From Actinomycetes bacterium (GTDB lineage: Bacteria > Actinomycetota > Actinomycetes > S36-B12 > CAIYMF01), in the NCBI GenBank assembly GCA_029781935.1, contig JAKOVT010000470.1, forward strand, positions 22,247 to 86,246: a DNA stretch of 64,000 nucleotides. Reading direction: 5' to 3'. A program made the position numbers and the translations under genes. Positions 17,135 through 28,800 of the stretch are shown one piece after another. Numbering within the stretch: position 1 is the stretch's first letter; each line of letters starts with the position of its first letter. The notes below the pieces were generated by a model. That model did no database searches. It saw only the letters and a list, made by a program, of their open reading frames with translations, and was not told the origin of the DNA.

Positions 17135-19084
17135 ATGACAGCGGTTACAGCGCGCACCGGGAGCGACGTCGCCTCCCTGGTCGCCGACGCCCTGCGCGCC
17201 CAGAGCGCCGGGGCCGTGACGGGGGCCGACGACCTGCTGGCGCGGGCGCGCCGGTGGGGCCCCGACCTCGAGGCCGGCGTCCGCGCCGTGTTCGACGGGC
17301 CGATGGCCGACGCGCTGCTGCGGCGGCTGGCGGGCATCGCCGTCTCCGGCTGGATGGTCCGGCCCCAGCCGCTGCGCGACCGCGACCGCGACCGGCTGCT
17401 GCGGCCCGACTGGTTCCAGGCGCCGGACGCCCTCGGGTACGTCGCCTACACCGACCGCTTCGCGGGCACCCTCGACGGCGTCGCGCGGCACGTCGACTAC
17501 CTGCGCGAGCTCGGCACCACGTACCTGCACCTCATGCCGCTGCTCCAGCCGCGCCCCGGCGCCAACGACGGCGGGTACGCCGTGGCCGACTACCGCGAGG
17601 TGCGCGGCGACCTCGGCTCGATGGCCGACCTCGAGAAGCTCGCGACGGTGCTGCACGAGAACGGCATCGCGCTGACGATCGACCTCGTCCTCAACCACGT
17701 CGCACGCGAGCACCCCTGGGCGGCGGCCGCCCGCGCCGGCGACCCGAAGCACCGCGCCTACTTCCACGTCTTCGACGACCGCCGGATGCCCGACGCCTAC
17801 GAGCGCACGCTGCCCGAGGTGTTCCCGGACTTCGCGCCCGGCAACTTCACCTGGGACCCCGAGATGGCGGCGTGGGTCTGGACGACGTTCAACGACTACC
17901 AGTGGGACCTCAACTGGGCGAACCCCGACGTCGTGTGCGAGTTCGCCGACCTCATGCTCTTCCTCGCCAACCGCGGCGTCGACTGCCTGCGCCTCGACGC
18001 CATCGCGTTCCTCTGGAAGCGGATGGGCACCGACTGCCAGAACCAGCCCGAGGTGCACGGCCTCACCCGGGCGCTGCGCGCGGTGGCGCGGATCGCCGCG
18101 CCGTCGCTGGTGTTCAAGGCCGAGGCGATCGTGGCCCCGGGCGACCTCGTGAAGTACCTCGGCGTCGGCGAGTACGCCGGCCACGTCAGCGATCTCGCGT
18201 ATCACAACAGCCTCATGGTGCAGATCTGGTCGGCGCTCGCCACCAAGGACGTGCGGCTGCTCGTCCGTGCGCTGCACCGCTTCCCGCCGAAGCCGACCAC
18301 CACCGCCTGGGCGACCTACCTGCGCTGCCACGACGACATCGGCTGGGCGATCGACGACACCGACGCCGGCTCCGTCGGCTGGGGCGGCCCGAGCCACCGC
18401 GCGTTCCTCTCGCGCTGGTTCGTCGGGAACGAGCCGGGTAGCTTCGCCCGCGGCGAGGAGTTCCAGGTCAACGAGGCCACCGGCGACAGCCGGATCAGCG
18501 GCAGCGCCGCCAGTCTCGTCGGCGTCGAGCAGGCGCTCGACGCGCAGGACCCGCGACTGCTCGACCTCGCGGTACGCCGGCTGCACTGCGCCTACGCGAT
18601 CGTGTACGGCTTCGGCGGGATCCCCTTGCTGTACATGGGCGACGAGCTCGGCCTGCTCAACGACTCGTCGTACCTCGACGAGCCCGAGCACGCCGACGAC
18701 AACCGCTGGATGCACCGACCGCGGATGCCGTGGGCGACCGCGGCCCGGCGTACCGATCTGACGACCCTCGAGGGTCGCGTCTACGCCCTCATCAAGCACC
18801 TCGGCGACGTCCGCCGCTCGCTCCCGACCCTGCATGCTGCGGTGGAGTCCCGGCCGACCGAGACGTCGAACCCGTCTGTGCTCGCCGTCCTGCGCAGCCA
18901 CGCAGCGGGCGACCTCGTGCAGCTCTACAACGTCTCGGCCGACTGGCAGCGCTGCGACGCCGGCGTGCTCGGCGCCCTGTACGGCCGGGCGCTCGTCGAC
19001 CACCTCGGCGCGAGCGAGTTCTACGTCGAGGACGGCCAGGTCGTGCTCCCGCCCTACGCCGCGCTCTGGCTCGCCCAGGCCTGA
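17135..19084 (+). CDS. GH13 amylosucrase/sucrose hydrolase-like
   Basis: YLHLMP, NDGGYAV, DLVLNH, LRLDAIAF, KAEAIV, RCHDDIGW, DNRWMHRP. Confidence 0.9.
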   Translation: MTAVTARTGSDVASLVADALRAQSAGAVTGADDLLARARRWGPDLEAGVRAVFDGPMADALLRRLAGIAVSGWMVRPQPLRDRDRDRLLRPDWFQAPDALGYVAYTDRFAGTLDGVARHVDYLRELGTTYLHLMPLLQPRPGANDGGYAVADYREVRGDLGSMADLEKLATVLHENGIALTIDLVLNHVAREHPWAAAARAGDPKHRAYFHVFDDRRMPDAYERTLPEVFPDFAPGNFTWDPEMAAWVWTTFNDYQWDLNWANPDVVCEFADLMLFLANRGVDCLRLDAIAFLWKRMGTDCQNQPEVHGLTRALRAVARIAAPSLVFKAEAIVAPGDLVKYLGVGEYAGHVSDLAYHNSLMVQIWSALATKDVRLLVRALHRFPPKPTTTAWATYLRCHDDIGWAIDDTDAGSVGWGGPSHRAFLSRWFVGNEPGSFARGEEFQVNEATGDSRISGSAASLVGVEQALDAQDPRLLDLAVRRLHCAYAIVYGFGGIPLLYMGDELGLLNDSSYLDEPEHADDNRWMHRPRMPWATAARRTDLTTLEGRVYALIKHLGDVRRSLPTLHAAVESRPTETSNPSVLAVLRSHAAGDLVQLYNVSADWQRCDAGVLGALYGRALVDHLGASEFYVEDGQVVLPPYAALWLAQA

Positions 19085-19315
19085 TCGGTTGAGTCCCGCG
19101 ACGACCTCCCGTGCGTCGCGGCTGGTCGGCCTGACCCATCCCGCTCTCCAGGGATCCGGGGGGCGTCCGCAGTCCGAACGCGGGGCTCTCGATCCCCGCA
19201 CGGGCTGCCGCGCGTCCGCTGTGACGGATGGTGTCGATGTGGTCTGTGGGGTTACCGTCGTCGGGCACCACCGACCCGCCCCGCTCCGTGCGGGGACTTC
19301 CCCCCGGGAGCCGCC

Positions 19316-20578
19316 GTGGCCGCTCGACGCGCTGTCGCGCCGGTGCTCGCGGTCGCCCTCGTGGCGGCGCTCCTCGGCGTCGCGGCTCCCGCCACCGCGA
19401 CGCCCGCGCGTCCCAAGCCCTCCGCCTCGGCCGTCGCCGAGGCGAAGCGCGCGGCCACCGCGGCCGCGGCCGCCCTCGAGGCCGCGCGCGGCGACCAGCG
19501 GACCGCGCAGGTCCGGCTCGACGCGCTCGACACGCAGGTGGAGACGCTCGTCGAGCGCTGGAACGCCGCGCGCGCCGCGGCCGACGACGCTCGAGGGGTC
19601 GCGGACGCCGCGCAGAGGCAGGCGCATGCCGCGCAGGCTGCGGCCGACGCCGCGCAGGGCGACGTCGACCGGCTCGCCGCGCAGAGCTACCAGCTCGGCG
19701 CCGACCTCTCCGGGGGTCTCGGCGAGTGGGCCGCGGTGCTCGACAGCGCGATGTCGCCCGGCGGCATCACCGCCCTCACCGACAAGGTCGCGTCGCTCGC
19801 CCAAGTCGCCGCGGACCGCCGGGCCCGCGCGGTGTCGACCGCCGACCTCCGGTTCCGCGCCCTGCAGGCGCAGATGGCCGCCGAGCGCGCGAGCGCCGAT
19901 GTCGCGCTGCGCGAGCGGCAGGCGGCCGACGCCGCGGCCGCGGTGCAGGCGACCCAGCGGCTGCAGCAGGCCGAGGTCGCGCGCCTCACCGCCGTACGCG
20001 ACTCGGCCGCGCGCACGCTCGCGTCCGCGCGGACCACGGCGCAGACCCTCGCCGCGCAGCGCGCCGCCGCCCTGCGCGCCGAGGCGCGCGCCCGTGCGGC
20101 GGCAGCCGCCCGGGCAGCAGCCGCCGAGGCGGCGCGGCGTCGTTCCGGCGGACGACCGCCGGACGGAAGTCCTTCTGCTGCCTGGCCGGACGGCCAGACG
20201 GTCGCCACCGCCGCGCAGCGCGCTGCGGCGCTCGCGTGGGCCAAGACGCAGCTCGGCAAGCCGTACGTCGCGGGCACGAACGGCCCCGACTCCTACGACT
20301 GCAGCGGCCTCACGCAGGCGGCGTACCGCCACGTCGGCATCCCGATGGTGCAGTACTCCCAGACGCAGTTCGCGACGCAGACCAAGATCCCGGTGAGCCG
20401 GCTGCGGCCCGGCGACCTCGTCTACTTCGCGACCGACCCGAGCAACTGGCGCACGATCCACCACGTCGGCATCTACGCCGGCGGCGGCCAGATGGTCGAG
20501 GCGCCGCACACCGGCGACGTCGTGAAGTTCTGGACGATCTGGCAGGACGAGCTGGTGCCCTACGGCACGCGTCCCTGA
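19316..20578 (+). CDS. Secreted NlpC/P60 (C40) peptidoglycan endopeptidase with coiled coil
   Basis: Signal peptide, Ala-rich coiled coil, LGKPYV...DCSGL...PGDLVYF...HHVGIY. Confidence 0.92.
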   Translation: MAARRAVAPVLAVALVAALLGVAAPATATPARPKPSASAVAEAKRAATAAAAALEAARGDQRTAQVRLDALDTQVETLVERWNAARAAADDARGVADAAQRQAHAAQAAADAAQGDVDRLAAQSYQLGADLSGGLGEWAAVLDSAMSPGGITALTDKVASLAQVAADRRARAVSTADLRFRALQAQMAAERASADVALRERQAADAAAAVQATQRLQQAEVARLTAVRDSAARTLASARTTAQTLAAQRAAALRAEARARAAAAARAAAAEAARRRSGGRPPDGSPSAAWPDGQTVATAAQRAAALAWAKTQLGKPYVAGTNGPDSYDCSGLTQAAYRHVGIPMVQYSQTQFATQTKIPVSRLRPGDLVYFATDPSNWRTIHHVGIYAGGGQMVEAPHTGDVVKFWTIWQDELVPYGTRP

Positions 20579-20593
20579 CGCGTGCCCGCCCGG

Positions 20594-21115
20594 TCAGTGC
20601 GAGGCGTCCTCGATGGCGCCCTCGACCGCGGCCTCGTGGGCTGCGTGCCGCTCGATCGACGCGCGGATCTCGGCCTCGGCCTCGGTGCGACCGGTCCACG
20701 ACGCGCCCTCGACGCTCTTGCCGGGCTCGAGGTCCTTGTAGACCTCGAAGAAGTGCTGGATCTCGAGGCGGTCGAACTCCGGCACGTGGTGGATGTCGCG
20801 GAGGTGCTCGAGCCGCGGGTCGTTCGCGGGCACGCACAGCACCTTGTCGTCGCCGCCAGCCTCGTCGGTCATGCGGAACATGCCGATCGCGCGCGCCTTG
20901 ATGAGGCAGCCGGGGAAGGTCGGCTCGTCGAGCAGGACCATCGCGTCGAGCGGGTCGCCGTCCTGGCCGAGGGTGCCCTCGATGTACCCGTAGTCGTGCG
21001 GGTAGCGCGTCGAGGTGAACAGCATGCGGTCGAGGCGGATCCGCCCGGTGAGGTGGTCGACCTCGTACTTGTTGCGGCTCCCGGCGGGGATCTCGATGAG
21101 GACGTCGAACTCCAC
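20594..21115 (-). CDS. ppa: Inorganic pyrophosphatase
   Basis: [38 protein letters not shown]. Confidence 0.97.
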   Translation of the reverse strand: MEFDVLIEIPAGSRNKYEVDHLTGRIRLDRMLFTSTRYPHDYGYIEGTLGQDGDPLDAMVLLDEPTFPGCLIKARAIGMFRMTDEAGGDDKVLCVPANDPRLEHLRDIHHVPEFDRLEIQHFFEVYKDLEPGKSVEGASWTGRTEAEAEIRASIERHAAHEAAVEGAIEDASH

Positions 21116-21286
21116 GGCGCGCTCCTGTCGAGGCGGTCGGCGGTGCTGGTGACGGGCGGGGTGACGAGTGAGGCCGCGTCGGCGTACGACGGGGCGTCGC
21201 CTAGTGTTCCGTAGGAGGGGCCTCGCGGGCGAACCGCGACCGGCCGTCGTGATCGGGGTCACGGCCCCACGACCAGCGAGGACAGG

Positions 21287-22672
21287 GTGATCCGGGTGCG
21301 GGCGGCACGGCGTACGACGCTCGCCCTCGCGGTCGCCGCCCTCGCCGCCGCGGCCCTCGCGCCCGCCGGGGCGACCGTCCGCGCGACCGCGGCAGCCGTC
21401 CCGCCGCCGCCCGCCGACGTCCTCGCCGCGTCCTCCGGAGCGACCACCGCGCCCGACGCCGCCGCCGACAAGCGCGTCGCCGCCGGTGTGAAGGCGGCGC
21501 TGTCCGGCAAGGCCGTCGGCAGCGACACGACGGCGTTCGTGCTCGACGTCGGCAGCGGCACTCCCGTGTACGCCGCCGCCCAGACCCGCCCGCAGATCCC
21601 GGCGAGCACCCTCAAGGTCCTCACCGCCGCGACCGCGCTCGTGGCGCTCGGGCCGCAGACCCGGCTCACGACCACGGTGGTCCCCGGCGCCGCGAAGGGC
21701 GAGATCGTCCTCGTCGGCGCGGGCGACTCGACGCTCACCAGGTCCGCGGCCGCGCGGACCTGGCCCGCCGGTCAGGCCGCGCGCCCGGCCAGCCTCGCGG
21801 CGCTGGCCGCGGCGACCGCCGCCGCGCTGAAGAAGGCGGGCACGACCAAGGTCGTCGTGCACGTCGACGACTCGCTGTTCACCGGGCCGCGGACTGCTCC
21901 GGGCTGGCCGCCCACCTTCACCACCGGCGGCGTGGTCGCACCTGTCACCGCGCTGTCGGTCGACCAGGGCCGCGCGGGTCCCGGGGTCGGCAGCGGCGCG
22001 CGTGTGAAGGACCCCTCGCTCGAGGCCGGCCGGCTGCTCGCCGAACGGCTGCGCGCCCTGGGCATCACGGTGTCCGGGACCGTCGTGCGCGTGACGGCGC
22101 CGACCGGTGCCACGCCGCTCGCGTCGGTCTCCAGCCCGACGGTCGCCGACCTCGTCGAGCGGATGCTCACCCAGTCCGACGACGACCTCGCCGAGTCCCT
22201 GGCGCACCTCGCCGGCGGGAAGCTCGGCGGCGCGGCCAGCTTCGCGGGCGGCGCGACCGCGACGCTCAAGGTGCTCGGCGACCTCGGCGTCACCACGACC
22301 GGCGCCGTCGTCGTCGACGGCAGCGGGCTCTCCGGCCAGAACAAGGTCAGCGCTGCGACGCTCGTCGGCCTGCTCGCGCGGCTGGCCACCACCGACGACC
22401 CGGTGCTGTCGGCAGCGGTCACCGGGCTCGCCGTCGCCGGTGCGACGGGGACGCTGTCGGACCGCTTCACCGGCCCCGGCACCCGCGCCGGCCGGGGCAT
22501 CGTGCTGGCCAAGACCGGCACGCTCACCGGCGTCAACGCGCTCGCCGGCCTCGTCCTCGACCCGGCCGGTCGGCTGCGCGCGTTCGCCTTCCTCGAGGAC
22601 GGCTCGCCCGGTCCGCAGGCCGTCGCCCGCACCGCGCTCGACCGCGCCGCGGCCGTCGTGGCCGCCGGCTGA
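21287..22672 (+). CDS. dacB: D-Ala-D-Ala carboxypeptidase/endopeptidase (PBP4, S13)
   Basis: PASTLK (SxxK), SDD, DGSGLS, KTGTL; divergent from ppa. Confidence 0.92.
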   Translation: MIRVRAARRTTLALAVAALAAAALAPAGATVRATAAAVPPPPADVLAASSGATTAPDAAADKRVAAGVKAALSGKAVGSDTTAFVLDVGSGTPVYAAAQTRPQIPASTLKVLTAATALVALGPQTRLTTTVVPGAAKGEIVLVGAGDSTLTRSAAARTWPAGQAARPASLAALAAATAAALKKAGTTKVVVHVDDSLFTGPRTAPGWPPTFTTGGVVAPVTALSVDQGRAGPGVGSGARVKDPSLEAGRLLAERLRALGITVSGTVVRVTAPTGATPLASVSSPTVADLVERMLTQSDDDLAESLAHLAGGKLGGAASFAGGATATLKVLGDLGVTTTGAVVVDGSGLSGQNKVSAATLVGLLARLATTDDPVLSAAVTGLAVAGATGTLSDRFTGPGTRAGRGIVLAKTGTLTGVNALAGLVLDPAGRLRAFAFLEDGSPGPQAVARTALDRAAAVVAAG

Positions 22673-22886
22673 GAGGTCCGCCAGGGGCCGGCTGGAGGCC
22701 TCGCACGGTCACCTCGTCGGCGTAACCGTTACAGAGCGTCGCCCTGTGCCCACGGTCGGGTGAACTCGCGCGTCGGAGCCGCGGGAGCGATTCTGAGAGC
22801 GGTTATAGTCTCGAGGACGGGGGCCCGGGGGGCGCACCCGCCTCCCGCCGACGCGCCGAGCGCACCGACGTCCTGGAGTCCCGGTC

Positions 22887-25800
22887 GTGCTTCGAACGTT
22901 CCGCCGTACCCGCGGCCGCCTCGCCGCGCTCATGGCCGCCGCCCTCGCGGTCACGACCGCCGCGGTCGCGGCGACCGCGCCCCCGGCGGCCGCCGCGGGC
23001 ACTCCTGGCATCACGCTGTCGGTCGGCGCCCCCGGCTCGGTGCTGTCCGGCGGCACCGTCCCGATCACCCTGACGGCGGCGAACCCGGCCTCCAACCCGG
23101 GCGCGGTGCCCGAGTACAACCTCAGCTTCACGACGCTGCTGCCCGTCGGCCTGACCTATGCCGCGGGCTCGAGCAGCCCGTCGTCGGCCGGCGAGCCGAC
23201 GGTGTCGACCAACCCGTCGACCGGCCAGCAGACGCTGGTCTGGCGCAACGTCTCCGACCTGCAGGTCGCCGACAGCTTCGCGCTGTCCTTCCGCGCGCAG
23301 TCCGACCCGGTCGTGCTGCCGGTCGGCGCGCAGTTCGCCGTGATCGGCGGCGCCTACGCCAGCACCGACCCCCGCAAGGTCCCGGCGTTCACTGCCACCG
23401 GTGCGCCCGTCGCCGGCTCCTACACCGAGTCGGCCACCGCGAGCACCGGCGTCACGACCCTGTCGGCCCTCGAGGTCACCAAGGCCGAGCCGTCGCCCGA
23501 GGGCGAGCTGCTGCGCGGCGTCCACGACCAGGTCACGACGTACACGCTGACCGTGAAGAACACGTCGGTCGCGTCGTCGACCGGGGTCGTGCTCACCGAC
23601 TACCTCCCCGCGAACCTCGAGCTGCTCCTCTGCGGCGGCGTCGACAACTCCGCGGGCCCCGAGTACCCGGGCGCGCCGTCGCTGTCGGCCACGCCGGTGC
23701 TGAGCCCGTGCGTGACGCCGGCGTCGGTGTCGACCGTGCTGAACCCGCCCGCGCAGGGCACCACCGTCTACCCGCCCGGCGTCTACACGCGGGTGCAGTG
23801 GAACCTCGGCACGCTCGCGGCGGGTGCCACCGCCACGGTCCGCTACCGCGCCGGGATCCCGTTGCGCGCCAACACGATGAGCTTCGGCGGTACGACGCCC
23901 ACCCCCGCGTCGCTGCAGCAGGCGTCGAACCTCGACAACAACACCGGCGCCTCGACCCGCGAGACCGCGACCGAGGCGAGCGCGACCAACACCGCGCGCG
24001 TGACGGGCACCTACACCGGACCGCTCGCCCCGGGCGGCTCGTCGTCCGCCGCCGCCGACACGACGCACACCGTCAGCGTCGAGGACGTGCGGATGCGCAA
24101 GACGGCGTCGACGTCGCAGTTCGCGACCGCCGGCCGCGTCCAGTACACGCTCACGATCGACACCAGCGAGTACGCCTCGGCGTCGGGCATCGCGATCACC
24201 GACGTCATCCCCGACGGCATGTGCCCGCTCGGCGGCGCGGGCACCAACTACACGCCCGGCACTCCCAGCGAGTGCGCCGGCAGCGCGGGCACCGCGCCGT
24301 CGAGCCCGATCTCGTCGGTCACCGCGAACCCGAACGGCACGTTCACCGTGGTGTTCTCGCCGCTCGGCCCGGTGGCCGCCGACGGCACAACGACGCTGAC
24401 GTACTGGGCCGGAATGCGCACCAACTACGGCGGCGGCGACCCCACGAGCAACGGCGACTCGTTCACCAACACCGCGAGCCTCACCGCCACGACGACGCCG
24501 ATCCCGGGCACCGGCGAGACCGGTGCGCAGACCGTCACCGACACGTCGTCGTCGACGATCGGCACCGGGAACCTGACCCTCGACAAGACCATCGGCCCGC
24601 GGTCCATGGCCGGCGTCTGCGGCACCGACGGCACCGGGTACGGCGAGCCGTCGTCGTTCGCCCCGTCGGAGACGAAGTTCGGCAAGGGCGACGTCGTCTG
24701 CTTCAAGCTGCGCATCGACTTCGACAGCCTCACCAAGACGCGCAACCCCGTCGTCACCGACTTCCTCCCGGTCGGCACGGAGTACGTCGCGGGCAGCGCG
24801 GTCGCCACCACGAACGATCAGCGCGCCCCCGCGGTGCTCACGACCACGGCGGACTCCCTCACCTGGACGCTCGGCACCACCGCCGGCAGCGGCGCGAAGT
24901 ACGTCGACCTCGGTGCCGTCTTCGAGTGGGTCTTCGCCGTCCGGGTCACCGACGCCGCACCGGTCGGCTCGCCCGACATCCTCGGCAACTCGATGAAGCT
25001 GCGCACCGAGGACTCCGCAGGCCGCGGCCGGTCCTACCGCGACGAGGTCGACTTCACCATCGTGCCGGCGGCACCGCTGCGCGTCGTCAAGGGCGTCCAG
25101 TCGGTCGACTCCCCGGCCGCCGGGCCCAACGGGCTGAACTCCAACGTCGACGGGCTGCCGGTCCGCGAGGGGTCCGTGGTGCGGTTCCGCATCGACCTCA
25201 CCAACGACGGCTCGGCGGGGACCTCGACGAACTACGCCGTCGGCGGCGTCGACCTCTGGGACGTGCTCCCCGAGCACGTGCGCTGCGTCGACGTCGCCAA
25301 CATCTCCGGCCTCGGCTCGATCGCGACTACGCCGGTCATCCGGTGCACCGACCCCGGCGACCCGAACCAGCCGAGCTTCGCGCTCAACGGCTCGCGCAGC
25401 GCGATCCGCTGGACCTACACGCTCGACACCAGCGCCAACCTCGCGGCGCAGGGCCTCGCGCCGGGCGCGTCGTGGACCGCCACCTACGACATGACGGTGC
25501 CCGCGCCGACCGCGGCGGGCTTCACCTTCCTCAACACCGCCGCCGTGCGCTCCTACTCGGCGCTGACCAACCTCCCGGTGAGCGGCGCCGGCGCGACCAC
25601 GACGTACTTCCCGCAGAGCAACATCGACACCTCGCTGCCGGTCGACCAGCAGGACGCGCCGGCCGCCAGCGACACGTCGTCGGTCATCACGCCGAAGGTC
25701 GCGGTCGGCAAGGTCGGCACGACCTCGATCACCGAGACCAACAACAACACGGCGAACCAGGCGACCATCGGCGAGCTGGTCACCTACCGCTACGCCGTCA

Positions 25801-28800
25801 CCATCCCGGCGGGCACGTCCGTCTTCGACGGCAGCCTCACCGACGCGCTGCCGACCGGCTTCGTCCTGACGACGCCGACGCCGACCGCGGAGTTCTGCCC
25901 CTCGGCGCCCACGCCGACCGTGCCCGAGCCGCTGCCCGCGTGCGCGTCGCCCGCAGCGCTTCCCGCCGGGGTCTCGCTGAACACCGTCACCGGTGCCCTG
26001 ACCCTGGCGGGCATCTACGACAACAGCACCGCGGTGCCGCAGCGCTTCATGGTCACCGTCACCGCGAAGGTCACCGGCACCGCGCTGACGACCGCGCAGA
26101 ACAACGTGAACCGCGTGAACACCGCGCGGTTCCTCGGCGACGACCGGCTCGGCGGCCAGCCGCTGCCGGCGGTGACCGCGACCTACACGGTCAACGTGCG
26201 CCAGCCCAACCCGGCCATCGTCAAGACCAACGACCGACCCGGCACCGTGATCGGCGGCCAGACGGTCACCTACACGATCGCCGTCACCAACCAGAACAGC
26301 GCGTCGAGCATCACCAACCGGCCGCCGCTGCACGACGCGTTCGTCGTCGACTGCCTCCCCTCGGGCCTGACCTTCGCGGCGTACGGCGCCAACCCCGGTC
26401 TCACCCCCGTGGCCGGCGACGGCACCAACGGCTGCGCGGTCGGGACGACCCGGCTGGTGTGGGCGCTGGGGTCGGTGCCCGCGTCGCTCACGGCCACGAC
26501 GCGCACCTACACCGCGACGGTGAACCTCAGCGCGGTCGGCGGCGACAGCTACACCAACACCGCGCGCCTGACCGGCAGCACGCTCAACGACGGCAAGCCG
26601 GCGTTCAACAGCCCCGACAACCCCGACGAGCGCGTCTACAACGTCACCGACCCGTCGACAGTCGTGGTCGCCGGCAACGGCCTGGTGAAGTCGGTCGACG
26701 AGCCGATCCGCACCATCGGCCAGGTCGCGACGTACACGATCTCGGCGCTCGTGCCGCCGAACACGACCTTCTTCGACGCGGCGCTGCTCGACACCGTCCC
26801 GGCCGGGCTCTCGGCGCCCTCGGTGCAGAGCACCGCCTGCGTCATCGTGCTCACCGGCGACCCGTGCCCCGGGTTCACCGTCACCGCGCTGACGCCGGTC
26901 GCGGCGCCGGGCGGCGCCACGAAGTACGGCTGGGGCGTCGGCGACCTGCTCGGCTCGCCGAACGCGCGCCGCCTGTCCCTCACCTACACCTCGGTCGTGA
27001 CCGACGTGCCGGGCAACACGGCCGGGACCGCGCTCACCAACACCGCCACCGACGTCTGGTTCTCCACCGACGGCAACAACCCGACGAGCGCGGGCGCGCC
27101 CTTCGACCGCATCGGCGCCACCGACACCGCGACCGTCACCGTCGTCGAGCCGCAGCTGTCCATCAGCAAGGCCGTCTCCGACACCACGCCCGACCCCGGG
27201 CAGCCGTTCGACTACACGCTCACCGTGCGCAACGCGACCGGCGCGACGGTCAGCGACGCCTTCAACACGGTCGTCACCGACGTCGTGCCGCTCGGCGTGG
27301 TCGTCGACGTGGTCAACAACGGCGGCATCCTCACCGGGGCCGACCCGGTGCGAGGCGGCGGCACGATCACCTGGCCGGCGACCGACCTCCCGGGCCCGCT
27401 GGCACCGGGCCAGACGTACTCGCTGGGCTACTCGGCGCACCTCGCTCCGTCGCCGACGATCACGGCAGCGCCGCTCACCAACACGGCGCGCGTGACCAGC
27501 TACGAGGGCCTGCCGTCCGGCGGCCGCGTCTACGCCGGCCCGGCGACCACCGCCGTCGTGACGCCGCAGTTCCCGACGCTCGTCACCTCCAAGGCGGCCA
27601 CCGACGGCGCCCCCGCCTACCTCGGTACGCCGTACACCTGGACCGTCACCGTCACGAACACCGGCAACGGCCCCGGCTTCGCGATCGGCACCACCGACGA
27701 CCTCCCGCTGAACTGGACCTACGACACCGGCAGCGCGCAGATCCGGGTCGCGGGCGGTCCGGCATTCGCCAAGGAGCCCACGGTCCTCACGTCCGGGGCC
27801 CAGAAGCGCCTCGTGTGGTTCGACCTCGGCGACCTGCAGCCGGGCCAGGCGCTGACCATCACCTACCGGGCGACGCCGCAGGCCGCGGTCGTCACCAGCC
27901 CGGGGGTCGGCGCGTCCGTGGCGCAGACCAACACCGCCGTCGCCGACGGACTCGACGCCACCGACGAGCCGGGCAACGCGACGGGCCAGTACGGCAACCG
28001 TCCGGGCAGCGCGGTGACGCGCATCGACTCCGCCGACGTCCGGATCGTCAAGTCCCACAGCGGGTCCCCGGTCGCGGGTGCGACGTTCACCTGGTCGCTC
28101 GCCGTCAGCAACCTCGGACCCGACCGCGCGGTCGGGCCGTTCGTGGTCACCGACACGGTCCAGTCGCCGGCGACCCTGGTCTCGGCCTCGGGAACGGGCT
28201 GGAGCTGCTCGGTCGTCGGTCAGGCGCTGACCTGCCTGCGCACCAACGGCGCCGACACCCTCGCGTCCGGTGCCGTCTTCCCGGCGATCTCGGTCCGGGT
28301 CACGACGCCGGCCACGACGGCGTCGGGCACGGTGCTCACGAACACCGCTGACGTCACCGCCCGCACCTACGACCCGCAGCTCTCGAACAACACGAGCACC
28401 GATACCGCGACGGTCACGACCGCGGCCGACCTCGCGGTGACCAAGTCGCACGCCGGCCCGGCGATCGCGGGCCAGGACATCACCTGGACCGTCGACGTCG
28501 TCAACAACGGTCCGTCGGTGTCGCTCGGCCCCATCACGGTGGTCGACACGCTGCCGACGGGCTCCACGCTCGCCAGCGCCAGCGGCACCGGCTGGGTGTG
28601 CACCCCCGGCACCGGCGCCGTCACGTGCGTGCGGGCCGCCGACCTGGCGCCCGGCGCCGCGGCGCCGCAGATCACCGTGGTGACGACGATCGCGCCGGGC
28701 CAGACGGGCAGCATCACCAACACCGCCCAGGTGTCGGGCACCACCACCGACCCGGTCCCCGGCAACAACACGGGCACCGACACCGTCGCGGTGACCGCGC

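Noticed and set aside
19090-19315. Possible c-di-AMP (ydaO) riboswitch upstream of NlpC/P60
   Set aside because: Only generic GC hairpins; the conserved GCCGAATCC, GGGGTGAA and GTCAGCTAAC motifs are not seen
22722-22732. GTAACCGTTAC palindrome upstream of the giant surface protein
   Set aside because: Short single occurrence that cannot be assigned to a regulator from sequence alone
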